The position numbers and the translations under genes are program-made. Below the pieces are notes generated by a model, which did no database searches, had not been told where the DNA came from, and saw nothing but the letters and a program-made list of their open reading frames with translations. A stretch of DNA of 64,000 nucleotides from Bryobacteraceae bacterium (GTDB lineage Bacteria > Acidobacteriota > Terriglobia > Bryobacterales > Bryobacteraceae), in contig DATJYO010000055.1 in NCBI GenBank assembly GCA_035499555.1, positions 222,757-286,756 of the forward strand, written 5' to 3'. This document shows, piece by piece, positions 20,201 to 29,210 of this stretch (the first letter of the stretch is position 1; each line of letters opens with the position of its first letter).

Positions 20201-20708
20201 CAGCTCCTGGAACGGCGTGGCGAATACTATCTTTGGGGACTGGGAGCTGACAGTCATTGAAAAGGCCACCTCGGGCTTCCCGATTTTTGTGGTGGCGGCT
20301 AACGGGTCCGGAGTCAACTTCCAGAACAATGGAAACAGCCTGATCCGGCCCAACCAGGTCTGCAATCCGCAGTTGAGCAACCCGTCCATCAGCGAGTGGT
20401 TCAACGTGAACTGCTTCGCGGATCCGCCTGCCGGCGAGTTGGGAAATGCGTCGCGGACGCCGGTGACCGGACCGAATTTCGTGAACACGGACTTCTCCGC
20501 CATCAAGCATTTCATCCTGCCGGGCGAGAATGTGCGGCTGGATTTCCGGGCGGAGTTTTTCAATGTCTTGAACCACCCGCAGTTCGGGACGCCCGGCAGC
20601 GGCGTGTGCGCGGCCTGTCCGGAACTCGATACACTGGGCTTCGGCGCCATCAACACGACCGTGAACAATCCCCGCGTGGTGCAGTTTGCGCTCAAGTTGG
20701 CGTTCTAG
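17220..20708 (+). CDS. TonB-dependent receptor with carboxypeptidase-regulatory-like N-terminal domain
   Basis: ATG at 17220 (GGGGAGAA SD upstream) inside ORF 17139-20708. Signal peptide, then the CarboxypepD_reg pattern GIISGTVTDASGSAIAGAKVTI...GHYLVPLLPVAFYTVHVEFAGF. A plug-like region follows, then a long beta-barrel ending ...VQFALKLAF (terminal Phe). Confidence 0.9.
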   Translation: MYDKTRFLATSICALVFLAAPLLYGQATGIISGTVTDASGSAIAGAKVTITAPALGLTRNSNTDESGHYLVPLLPVAFYTVHVEFAGFQAGEQKDIRLQVDEHREVDFRLAPAAVQSSVEVTATAVAVETTNPTLGQVITSQEVAELPLNGRDFVQLATLTPGTVAETNPSSFFNGGASSEVSARGSFSLSVGGSRANSTDWLFDGNDNNELTAGGISILPSIDAIQEFKVLTYNYSAEYGTRAGPTVLVTTKSGTNAFHGSLFEFLRNTDLDARSFFATSTEKFNLNQFGGSLGGPIQKDKTFFFADYQGKRQRHGIPFTGLVPSAAMRNGDFTNDPFGNPSSVTLSNPYMTGAPDSHFQCDPSGNPLPVAPDGSQSLGVDCNKIPRGLTNSTGQQMINLYPLPNANNPALGYNYVNEPVRRLNEGEFDARLDHNFSPKDSLFARFSYDQAASFVPGGSPGFAEANAFGSTQDITNHGRNAALSETHIFSPNTVNQVNVGYNRIFNFITSYGSGSCEASKLGIPGANLGGISCGLTSTELSGYWSLGDRGYAPFQGGTNVFSISDSFDMIRGSHDIKIGAQVRDNQMNVLASGFQDGFWIFAGDWGGDPAAGLLLGLPDLAIHDQTFNGTITGRRWKMVRPYVQDDWRVTKDLTLNLGLAWALVTPISEAANRQANFDLSTQTFLVSGQGANKWAGVQFDKTALEPRVGLAWKPFGSQRTVVRGGYAIFHDSSWNQGAQGLWQNPPYYAESDAFAFSFGVNYCPFSTSACATTYGQTPYPALSISPTAFTPPGTATGFPLFNAPPDPNSFTGTIQSQNLNFKLGRVQQFNANVEHQLPGDVVLTVGYAGSRASHILVDGNNLNVGSPSACGTVSGYTLGCGPNGQAFGPPATNFLYSTVSNINDIGIAHYDSLQIKAETKSARHGLYALIGYTYSRNHDTGYTDGLGSNLGATYFPLPGWQQLDWGLSQINLNHDFTASLIYDLPFGKGKKYGSSWNGVANTIFGDWELTVIEKATSGFPIFVVAANGSGVNFQNNGNSLIRPNQVCNPQLSNPSISEWFNVNCFADPPAGELGNASRTPVTGPNFVNTDFSAIKHFILPGENVRLDFRAEFFNVLNHPQFGTPGSGVCAACPELDTLGFGAINTTVNNPRVVQFALKLAF

Positions 20709-21765
20709 AATCCAGCGCGCCGCCGCACTGGCGCTGCTGGCGACCGCCGTTCTCGGCGCCCGGCAGCGCCGCAAAGTGATCGTCAACGAAGACTGCTCCG
20801 GTCCCGGCGGCAGTAACCTGCAGACGCTCCTGGTGATGATCCAGTCGCCCGGCGTTGACGTGCTCGGCATCACGGTGGTCAGCGGCGACCAGTGGCTGGA
20901 CGAAGAAGTGGCGCACACACTGCGCCTGCTCGAGATCGTCGGGCGGACCGATATCCCGGTGTTCCGTGGCGCGGCCTTTCCGCTGGTGCGCACGCGCGAG
21001 GAAGCCCAACTCTGGCAGGAACGCTACGGGAAGGTGGCCTATGCCGGCGCGTGGGATGCTCGCTGGTGGCATGCGCCCCCGGTGGTGCCGCCGCTTCCCG
21101 AGGGCGCGCCCACAACTAAACCCGCCGCTGAAGATGCGGCGCATTTCCTGGTGCGGACGGTCCGCCAATACCCGCACGAAGTCACAATTTACGAGGGCGG
21201 ACCAATGACTAACCTGGCCTTGGCTATCTCGCTCGATCCCGAGTTCCCGTCTCTGGCGCGCGAGTTAGTCTTTATGGGCGGCAGTCTGAATCCGCAGACG
21301 GACTACCCCGAGTTTGCGAATAACCCGCGCCACGAATTCAATTTCTGGTTCGATCCCGAAGCGGCGCATATCGTCCTCCGCGCCCCATGGCGCAAGATCG
21401 TCTGCACACCCACGGACATATCCATTAAGACCCGTCTCACGCCGGCCATGGTGAAACGGATCGAGTCACGCGGCACGCCCTTGGCGCGGTATATTTCCCG
21501 CTATTTCCAGCCCGGCCAGGGAGCCGACTTCATGTGGGACGAACTGGCCGCCGCCGCATGGATCGACCCATCGGTGATTACGCGCAGCGAGACGCGTTAC
21601 ATGGACGTGGACCTGGACCATGGCGCCGGCTACGGCAATACGCTGACCTGGACCGAGAAAGACAAGCCCAGACTCACCATGCAGCCGGTGGAGGTGCAGT
21701 TGGATCTGAATGCCGCCAGGTTTTATGAGATGTTCGAGCGTTTGATGACGGCTCCGGCACATTAG
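20686..21765 (+). CDS. Inosine-uridine-preferring nucleoside hydrolase (IUNH)-fold protein with signal peptide and atypical N-terminal Asp cluster
   Basis: TTG start at 20686 gives the signal-like RIQRAAALALLATAVLGA. IUNH-like core is VLGITVVSGDQWLDEEVAHTLRLLEIVGRTDIPVFRGA..., then IYEGGPMTNLALA and WDELAAAAWIDPS. The canonical DxDxxxDD is replaced by NEDCSGPGGSN. Confidence 0.8.
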   Translation: MRSSWRSRIQRAAALALLATAVLGARQRRKVIVNEDCSGPGGSNLQTLLVMIQSPGVDVLGITVVSGDQWLDEEVAHTLRLLEIVGRTDIPVFRGAAFPLVRTREEAQLWQERYGKVAYAGAWDARWWHAPPVVPPLPEGAPTTKPAAEDAAHFLVRTVRQYPHEVTIYEGGPMTNLALAISLDPEFPSLARELVFMGGSLNPQTDYPEFANNPRHEFNFWFDPEAAHIVLRAPWRKIVCTPTDISIKTRLTPAMVKRIESRGTPLARYISRYFQPGQGADFMWDELAAAAWIDPSVITRSETRYMDVDLDHGAGYGNTLTWTEKDKPRLTMQPVEVQLDLNAARFYEMFERLMTAPAH

Positions 21766-23003
21766 CGATGGCCGGAGTCCCCGCGTAACTCGTACACGAA
21801 CTGCCGGATCTCTGTCCGCTCGCGCTGCGCTTCTTCCGCGGATTTCCGGGCCATCTGTTCGTAAGTCTCCAATTCCTGGTGGGCCTTCTCTTTGTCGCCG
21901 AGCCTGCCGTACACCTGCCCGAGGCGATAGTGCGCCTCCTCCAACCCGGGATCTGTTTTAATGGCCTTCTCGAACGCGGCGATGGCTTTGCGATAGTCGC
22001 CCTGGTCGTTGTCCACGATTCCAAGCAGTAGGTAAGCCGCACCCACGCCGGGATCCAGGCGAACGGTATTCTGCAACAGTTGGCGTACGTGGCGCGGCGT
22101 GCCGGCATCCTCGGGGCCGCGGCGCTGTTTCCAGAGGCTCAGGGCATAGTAGTAATTGGCCCACGCACTGTCCGGATGGCGGGCGGCGAATCGCTTCATC
22201 CTTTCCGCGTATCCCTGCATCTGAATGATCTCGTTGCTTTGTACCTTCCCCAGAAACATGTAAGGCTCGCGGTTATCCGGTTCCAGGTCGCAAGCCTCGA
22301 AGAACCTGGCGGCAGCCTGGCTGTAAGAGCCGCGTGCGTACCATGCGGCGGCCAACCCCAGCAGCATACGCAAGGATTGCGGATATAAGCGATTGCCTCT
22401 GGCGAAAACTTCCGTGGCAGGTTCGGCGGCCCAGTGCTTCAGCAGTTCCGCGCCCCAGTCGAAGAGGTGCTCCTCGCTGGGATCCGATTCCGCCGTCCGC
22501 TCGTAGGCGCGCACGGCCTCCAAGGCATGCCCCTGCCTCTCCTCGGCGGCCCCGGCGGAGGACGCGCTGGATAGCGCGGCGGTAGACCTGGCGAGTGACT
22601 CCGCCGAACACAGCACGGTATCCGAACCGTGTCCGCCCCGGCTCATCGTGTCCGTCACCCCGGCTACGATAAATCCGGGTTTGTCATAGAACGCGTATTC
22701 GAGCGTCAGCTCTATCTTCTTGCTTTCCGCGCCGGAGAGAACTACGGCCACGGTTGCCTCACCCACGCCGCTCGCCTGCGCCCGCAACGTGTAACTGCCT
22801 GCCGGCAGGTTGGCGAAAATATACTTACCGCCGGTATCCGCTCGCGCAGTGACAGCCTGTTCCGAGTCCTTGGCCTGCAAATAGATGGTGGCCGCCGGAA
22901 CCGGCCGGCCGTGCGAATCGAGGACCACGCCTTCCACGGTCGCCGCTGCCGCGATACCCGTTGACAGCACAACGGCTGCCAGCAGACAGGTGGACGTGCG
23001 CAT
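21762..23003 (-). CDS. Secreted CarboxypepD_reg-like domain plus TPR-repeat protein
   Basis: Signal peptide MRTSTCLLAAVVLSTGIAAAA. N-terminal domain is VEGVVLDSHGRPVPAATIYL...GGKYIFANLPAGSYTLRA. C-terminal TPRs include AAYLLLGIVDNDQGDYRKAIAAFEKAIKTDP and AHYRLGQVYGRLGDKEKA. Confidence 0.8.
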   Translation of the reverse strand: MRTSTCLLAAVVLSTGIAAAATVEGVVLDSHGRPVPAATIYLQAKDSEQAVTARADTGGKYIFANLPAGSYTLRAQASGVGEATVAVVLSGAESKKIELTLEYAFYDKPGFIVAGVTDTMSRGGHGSDTVLCSAESLARSTAALSSASSAGAAEERQGHALEAVRAYERTAESDPSEEHLFDWGAELLKHWAAEPATEVFARGNRLYPQSLRMLLGLAAAWYARGSYSQAAARFFEACDLEPDNREPYMFLGKVQSNEIIQMQGYAERMKRFAARHPDSAWANYYYALSLWKQRRGPEDAGTPRHVRQLLQNTVRLDPGVGAAYLLLGIVDNDQGDYRKAIAAFEKAIKTDPGLEEAHYRLGQVYGRLGDKEKAHQELETYEQMARKSAEEAQRERTEIRQFVYELRGDSGHR

Positions 23004-23033
23004 GCCGAACTCAATTTTAGCAGGCGCGACGCG

Positions 23034-26000
23034 TCAGCGGACCTGTTCGAGCATCCGGCGGGCTTGGGGATGTTCCGGATGCTGCTGGAGCAGGTCCCGA
23101 AGCACAGCACGCGCCTTCTCCGGGGTGCCCTCGATACTGTAGACGCGCGCCAGGTTCAGGTACGATTGATCGAACTGTGGGGCCATGTGAATGCATGCCG
23201 TGAACTGCGCCACGGCGTCGTCGCGCCGGCCCGTGCGCAGATACAGAACGCCCAGGTTGTTCAGCGCCTCCGGATACGCCGGACGGCGCTCCAACGCCTG
23301 CCGCAGATAACGGTACGCCGATTCCGTGTCGTCCGTCTGCGCGAACACCATGGCCAGGTTGTAATTTGCCTCCGGGTCATCCGGACGGACCGCCAGGGCC
23401 CTCTCCAGAACCCGGCGCGCCTCGTCCCATCGCTTCTGCACACGATACGCATTGCCCAGGTTCTCCAATGCAATCCAATAATCCGGACTGACGCGCAGCG
23501 CCTGCTGGAAATGGCCGATGGCCTCGTCCATACGGCTATCGCGTGTCGCCAGCAACCCGAGGTTGTTCCAGGCATTGGGCAGGGTGTCGGGATAACTTGC
23601 GGTAAGTTGCACGGTACGGTTGAAACAATCGCGCGCTTCACCGCTCCTCCCTTGCTTGAGGTAGACGCTGCCTAATCCGTAATAGCCCTCCGCGCTCGAC
23701 GGATCACCGCGCAAAACCAGGCGGAAGGCCGCCTCGGCCTGATCGAGATATCCTCTTTCGAAAAAGACCGATCCCAAAGACAGATTGTTGCGCCCGAATT
23801 CATAAGTCTCCGCCGCGCCGGAAAACGGCAGCGCCCGCGCCAGCCTTTCGGCTGCCGTGCGCGGAATCTGCCGCGAATCGGCTGCGGCGCGCGCCGGGTC
23901 CACCTTCCCTTGGTATACCTTGACGATGTCGCCCTTTTCATCAACCAGGAAAGAAGTCGGCAGAGCCATATCCCGATGCCGGTCGAATAAGTAACGGTAG
24001 ACGATGTTATATTCAGCGGTCAGTTCCTGGCCTTCTTCGCCGATGGTGACCAGCATCGGCCGATGACTTCCCTTGACGAGGGTGGGGTCCGGTGCAGCCA
24101 ACGGCGACAGCAGCCATGTCTCGACTGTCTCCGGCAACGACTCACCGGAAGGTTCCACCGCGGCTTTCAACCCAAGGCCCGGCCTGAACGGCTCGAAGCG
24201 CGGCGGCGCAGCCCCCTCCTCGACCCAGATCCGATGGTTGACCGGCAGACCGCGAAGCTCCTGAACCTCGCCGTTCGGCCAGCGAATAGTTGCGTTCACC
24301 GGTCCCCGCGCATCGCCCAGACCGAACACGAGTTCCTTGCCGTGTTGCGACAGAAATCCCGAGCCGGCCTGTAACGCCTTCACCTGGCGCTCGACCGTTA
24401 CTGTCGCGCCGATCGCATCGCGATTGCTCTTCACGCCCCGCAGCCGGAAGGCGATCGACGGCGGAAGCCCGGCCGCAACATTCTTCAGCAATCGCAACTG
24501 CGGCGCGTTGCGATTCTTCAGCAATACTTCCAGGCGGCCGTCGCCATCGAAATCCGCCAGTGCAAAGGCCCGGCCGTCTTCGATAAAATCCAGGCCCACG
24601 GCGCCCGAAACATCCGAAAATGTCCCATCGCGGTTGTTGGCGTAGAACACATTGCGCTCGTATCCGCTCCAGGTGTGGTCACTACGGATCAGTTCATTGA
24701 TGGCGTTCCATCCCTGCTCATAATCCGGAGAAGCCCTGGCCTCCGGCGGTGATTTAGCGACCACCTGCCGCCAGAAATAGCTGTTCAAGTCATCCCGGAT
24801 GGGGCCCGATACCATGCCGTTAGCCACATAGATATCCGGGAAGCCATCATGGTCGAAATCCCAGGAGTCACTCGACCACGCCCATCGTCCCATCCCGGCT
24901 TGGGCCTGGGCAGTGACATCCTGAAACTCGCTGCCGCCGTTTCGGAAAAGCGAGTTACCCATGGCGTGCTTCTGATAGTACCGCCGGACCGGCGCGGCGG
25001 CGGCGCTCTGGAAATCGTCCTGCATGGAGATACGCTCCCCGGCCGCGGTCCACATATTGCCGACATACAGATCGGCGGCGCCGTCATTGTTGTAATCCAG
25101 CCAGCAGACACTCATCCCGGCGCCGACGTCTTCCACACCCATGGCCGCGGCGGCGTCCGTAAACGTTCCGTCCCTGTTATTGCGGTAGAGATTCTTTCGC
25201 CCGAAGTCATTCACGACGTATAAGTCAGGCCAGCCGTCGCGATCGTAATCGTACCAGCCGCAGCAGAAGCTGTAGCGTGTATTGTTCCGCTGAAGCCCTG
25301 CCGGCGCGGTCACATCGGCGAAGGTCCCGTCGCGATTATTCCGCATCAGGAAATTCGGCGGGCCATTCTCGGCCGCATAGTATGGCGCCGGGTACTTATA
25401 TTGATCCGTCCCCTGATAATACTCGTACAGACAAAAGTAGATGTCGAGCCAGCCGTCCCGATCGTAGTCGGCGGCGGCGGCTCCCGTAAACGTTCCCTGC
25501 GGCGGATTGGCGAACCGGAACGCGTTGGGCACTCGCCGGAACTTACCGCCGCCCTGATTCAGGAACAGCAGAGGACCGCCCGCGCGCACGACTACCAGGT
25601 CCTGGCGGCCATCGTTGTCGAAGTCCGCGATCAAGGCGCAGGCGGTATTATCCAGGATGTCGACGCCGGAGCCGGCGCTGATATCTTCGAAGGTGCCATC
25701 GCCGCGGTTTCGGTAAAGGCGGTTGGGAAGCCCGGCCGGCTGGCAGACATAAAGATCGTCCATGCCGTCGCCGTCGATATCGCCGGCCGAAACACCGTTG
25801 TGGCCGTAGATGTCGATTCCGCAGGCGCCGTCCAGCACCGTACGCCAATAGTCGACGCCGCGCGACATTTGCGCCGCGTAAGAGGCATTGCCGGCGAAGG
25901 CGTGGGCAGTGACATCGGCGAACCAGGGAGCCGCGGACCGGCTGCGCGTCTCTTCGCCCGCGCGCCACTGGCGAATATGAAAATCGCCGGTCCACTCGAG

Positions 26001-26588
26001 ATCCCAAACACCCACGCGCTGCTCGCGGTGATAACCGTTGCCGGTGGCCACGAGGTCGTATCGCACACGCGTCCGCGAACCGGAGTCCGGCGTCAACCGC
26101 GTGACCTGAAACTCCGCCGTCAGGATTTTCGAGTAACCGCGCAGCTCGGCGCTTAGGGCGGCAACGAAGGCATCCCGATCCAAATCGGTCCGCTGCGGGT
26201 AACTGACCCGGCGGACTTCCAGCGCCGGACCCGGCCGCACCGTCTGCGACGCCACCGGCTGCGGGCTGAAACCACGAAAATCAGGGCTGAGCGCGGCCGC
26301 GACCGTTTGCAGGTTGCCGGGCGAGTCCAGCAATGCCGCGGTCCATCCCGCCAGGATCGGGGCGATCCGGTCATGCTGTTTTTCGCAGACGAAGTCGTCT
26401 AGCGCGGCGTCCGTTTTCCGCAGAGCGAGGTCCAACGGGGACGCATTACGATAGCGCGGATGCGCGCGGACCTGCGCGGCCCGCGACCGCGCCGGAAATC
26501 CAAAGCCGCCCAGCAGCACCGCCGAGATCCCCCGGCACGACCGGATCAGAAATCCGCGCCGCGGAAAGTCAGCCCACCTCGGATCCAT
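23034..26588 (-). CDS. CRTAC1-like FG-GAP/VCBS repeat plus ASPIC/UnbV protein with thioredoxin-like segment and C-terminal TPR array
   Basis: 1184 aa. Repeated Ca-binding-like DxDxDG motifs include DIDGDGMDDLYV, DFDNDGRQDLVV, DYDRDGWPDLYVVN, DYNNDGAADLYVGN, DFDHDGFPDIYVANG and DFDGDGRLEVLL. UnbV-like NRDAIGATVTV...SGFLSQHGKELVFGLGD. Redoxin-like tail is LPTSFLVDEKGDIVKVYQG. About 8 TPRs close the C-terminus. Confidence 0.9.
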   Translation of the reverse strand: MDPRWADFPRRGFLIRSCRGISAVLLGGFGFPARSRAAQVRAHPRYRNASPLDLALRKTDAALDDFVCEKQHDRIAPILAGWTAALLDSPGNLQTVAAALSPDFRGFSPQPVASQTVRPGPALEVRRVSYPQRTDLDRDAFVAALSAELRGYSKILTAEFQVTRLTPDSGSRTRVRYDLVATGNGYHREQRVGVWDLEWTGDFHIRQWRAGEETRSRSAAPWFADVTAHAFAGNASYAAQMSRGVDYWRTVLDGACGIDIYGHNGVSAGDIDGDGMDDLYVCQPAGLPNRLYRNRGDGTFEDISAGSGVDILDNTACALIADFDNDGRQDLVVVRAGGPLLFLNQGGGKFRRVPNAFRFANPPQGTFTGAAAADYDRDGWLDIYFCLYEYYQGTDQYKYPAPYYAAENGPPNFLMRNNRDGTFADVTAPAGLQRNNTRYSFCCGWYDYDRDGWPDLYVVNDFGRKNLYRNNRDGTFTDAAAAMGVEDVGAGMSVCWLDYNNDGAADLYVGNMWTAAGERISMQDDFQSAAAAPVRRYYQKHAMGNSLFRNGGSEFQDVTAQAQAGMGRWAWSSDSWDFDHDGFPDIYVANGMVSGPIRDDLNSYFWRQVVAKSPPEARASPDYEQGWNAINELIRSDHTWSGYERNVFYANNRDGTFSDVSGAVGLDFIEDGRAFALADFDGDGRLEVLLKNRNAPQLRLLKNVAAGLPPSIAFRLRGVKSNRDAIGATVTVERQVKALQAGSGFLSQHGKELVFGLGDARGPVNATIRWPNGEVQELRGLPVNHRIWVEEGAAPPRFEPFRPGLGLKAAVEPSGESLPETVETWLLSPLAAPDPTLVKGSHRPMLVTIGEEGQELTAEYNIVYRYLFDRHRDMALPTSFLVDEKGDIVKVYQGKVDPARAAADSRQIPRTAAERLARALPFSGAAETYEFGRNNLSLGSVFFERGYLDQAEAAFRLVLRGDPSSAEGYYGLGSVYLKQGRSGEARDCFNRTVQLTASYPDTLPNAWNNLGLLATRDSRMDEAIGHFQQALRVSPDYWIALENLGNAYRVQKRWDEARRVLERALAVRPDDPEANYNLAMVFAQTDDTESAYRYLRQALERRPAYPEALNNLGVLYLRTGRRDDAVAQFTACIHMAPQFDQSYLNLARVYSIEGTPEKARAVLRDLLQQHPEHPQARRMLEQVR

Positions 26589-26605
26589 CCATCCACTCTA
26601 CCGCC

Positions 26606-29089
26606 TCAAAACAGGATGTCGAAATCGGCGGTGAAATGGCGGTGGCGCTCGCCGAAGAACAATCCATAGGCCGGGTCGGCAATGTTGGAGTGGAACGCTT
26701 CCGGATTGAAGTGGTTGGTCAGATTGAACCCGCTGATCGAGAGCCGGATGGTGTATTTCGGGTTCACCTTGAAGTCGCGGGAGAAGCGCGAATCGAGCGA
26801 AACGAAACTCGGACAACGGCCGGCGTACGGCACTCCCACCCAGTTCTGGTATGCGTCGGTGACGGCATACGGGAAACCGGTGTGGTACTCGAACATGGGC
26901 GCGATCCGGAAGCCGCTGGGCAACTGGATCAGGCCCCAGGCCAGGAAGCGGTTGGGCAGGTCGGTGGGCAGTCTGCCGAATTGATTGGGGCGCATGATCG
27001 GCAGGGGAAAACTGCCGAGATAACTGCTGAAGTCGTTCAGATCGCCGCGGACGCGGCTGCGCACGTAGGAAAAGAACAGTTCGCGCTTGTCGTTCAGCCG
27101 CACGCGCGTAGTGGCTTCGAACTGCCGATAGCGCGACTGCCCGCCGCCGGAGAGCCAGTCCGCGCCGGTATTGGTCAGCGGATTCGGCGGGGTCACATTC
27201 ATGACCACCAGGCCGGACGATGCACTCTGCATGTAGCCCAGGCGGAGCCTGACGCGTTGGGTGATGGGTTGCTCGATCTGCAGGCTGCCCGTCGCGCTGC
27301 GAGGTGAGAAGTTGCCGGCCACGGCTTCCCCGAACACTAACGGATAGGGCAGCGTCACCGTTCCCAAAGCATTCTGGTAGAGAAAAGGTCCGGCGGAAAC
27401 CGCGCCGGCCTGGTTGAAGAACGTAATCAGCGGGCTGGGATATTGGTTGAACGCATAAACGCTCAGCGGCACGCGATCGTAGAACAATCCGAATCCCGCG
27501 CGCACGACCGTGCCGGCGCGCGGAAAAACGTTCCAGGCGATGCCGGCCCGCGGCGCCACGCGAAAGCTCTCCGACACCTGCTGTGACTCGGCGCGCGCAC
27601 CCACATCCACCGAGACCCGCGGCGTCACCAGCCAGTGATCCTGGCCGAAGAACGCATATTCCACATCCCACCGCCGGAACGGCTGCCCGCCGTTGAAACG
27701 GATGGTTTCGAGCAATTGGCTCGCGGAATCCATGATGTCGATCGGATGATCGATGACCTGGCCGTTATCGGTGCTCTCGGCCATATAAGCGCCGGCTTTG
27801 AAGTTATGCGCGCCCATCCAGTTGAGGGAACCGAAGGTGAACGCAGGAGTCCAACTCAAGCGCGATGCATTACGGGACTGTTGCGCGAAGTAACTGCCGC
27901 TGTTGCCCTGGGGCGTCATGATCAGATCCTGCGTCCCCTGGCCCCATACGCGGGCGTCAAAGCTGGTGGCTGAAAACGTATTTTCCAGCAGGCCGCCGCC
28001 GATGGTTAGCCGGTCCGCCAGCGTGACGGTGTAATTGTGCATGCCGGCATCCGGCGTAGTCGGCTGCGGATTGAAGAAGTTCATGTTCACGAAATCCAGC
28101 CGCTGCGGCGCTACATGCATGGTGGCCGTCACCAGGTGCCCGCCGGAGGCGATCCAATCGAATTGCGCGAACGAGTTCACGCCTTCCTGCCTCTTCTGGT
28201 TATAGGGATAAGGAAGCTCGAAGACTTCGGTGGCGCGGAACTCGTATTCCAGGCCTTCGGAAAAATAGAGCTTTCCGGGGACCAGCGGGCCTTCGACGTT
28301 CAAGCGCGGAGTGGCGTCTTTCAGCCCTTCCATGTGGTAGCTGCGAATACGAAAATCCGGAAATGGATCGTTCAATTCCCATTTCCACTTGTCGCCGCCG
28401 CGCCGGGTTTCCACCGAAACCAGCCCTTCGCTGAAACGCCCGTATTCGGCCTTGAACGGCGTCTGGTAAAAGTTGAGACTCTGCACGCTGTCGATGGGCA
28501 CCGTCAGGCCGAACTGCCCCGTGGCGGGATCGGTCACGTCCGCCGAATTCACGATCAAGGCGCTGCGGTGCTCGCCGGCGCCGGAGAGGATCAGTCCGCC
28601 GTTCGGATCGCGCACCACGCCGGGCACCAGCGGCAAGGCATCGGCGGCCGTCGCGGGCCGGCCCGGCAGCTCGGTGACGGTATGGACGTGCAGGTCGCTG
28701 GGCGCCGAGCCCGCCTGCTCCACCGGCGAGATGTCGCCTTTCACTTCAATGCTCTCGCGGCGCGACACGACGGGGGCCAGGGTGAGTTCCAGGGATATGG
28801 GCTGCGCCAGGTCGAGTTCTTCTTTGCGGACCGCCTGAAATCCCTCCCTGGTGGCGTCCACGGCATACTTACCGGCCGCCAGATCGCCGAAGCGCGCTTT
28901 TCCCTGGGAGTCAGTCGCAGCCGAAGCGACCACTTTCTCCCCGGACAGCACCTCGATGTGCACGCCGGAGATAGGATGGCCGGCTGAATCGATGACGGAA
29001 ACCTCCATGGAAGAAGCCGCCGGCGCGGCGCTCGATTGCGCGCCACCCCATAGCAGGAGAGCCGCGCACACCCATCCCCGTGTTCGCAT
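26606..29089 (-). CDS. TonB-dependent-receptor-like outer-membrane barrel with CarboxypepD_reg N-domain
   Basis: Signal peptide MRTRGWVCAALLLWGGAQS. N-domain is VSVIDSAGHPISGVHIEVL...AAGKYAVDATREGF. Plug-like ALPLVPGVVRDPNGGLILSGAG...LIVNSADVTDP. Barrel ends ...FTADFDILF. Confidence 0.85.
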   Translation of the reverse strand: MRTRGWVCAALLLWGGAQSSAAPAASSMEVSVIDSAGHPISGVHIEVLSGEKVVASAATDSQGKARFGDLAAGKYAVDATREGFQAVRKEELDLAQPISLELTLAPVVSRRESIEVKGDISPVEQAGSAPSDLHVHTVTELPGRPATAADALPLVPGVVRDPNGGLILSGAGEHRSALIVNSADVTDPATGQFGLTVPIDSVQSLNFYQTPFKAEYGRFSEGLVSVETRRGGDKWKWELNDPFPDFRIRSYHMEGLKDATPRLNVEGPLVPGKLYFSEGLEYEFRATEVFELPYPYNQKRQEGVNSFAQFDWIASGGHLVTATMHVAPQRLDFVNMNFFNPQPTTPDAGMHNYTVTLADRLTIGGGLLENTFSATSFDARVWGQGTQDLIMTPQGNSGSYFAQQSRNASRLSWTPAFTFGSLNWMGAHNFKAGAYMAESTDNGQVIDHPIDIMDSASQLLETIRFNGGQPFRRWDVEYAFFGQDHWLVTPRVSVDVGARAESQQVSESFRVAPRAGIAWNVFPRAGTVVRAGFGLFYDRVPLSVYAFNQYPSPLITFFNQAGAVSAGPFLYQNALGTVTLPYPLVFGEAVAGNFSPRSATGSLQIEQPITQRVRLRLGYMQSASSGLVVMNVTPPNPLTNTGADWLSGGGQSRYRQFEATTRVRLNDKRELFFSYVRSRVRGDLNDFSSYLGSFPLPIMRPNQFGRLPTDLPNRFLAWGLIQLPSGFRIAPMFEYHTGFPYAVTDAYQNWVGVPYAGRCPSFVSLDSRFSRDFKVNPKYTIRLSISGFNLTNHFNPEAFHSNIADPAYGLFFGERHRHFTADFDILF

Positions 29090-29210
29090 CGTTATGGTTT
29101 TAACGTGTTTAGGATTATCTACGTGGCAAATAGCGATACGGTTACCCCGATTACTCTTACACGTTTGAATGCCAATTTACGTCAAGACAATGGACCTATA
29201 CGGAGGATCG

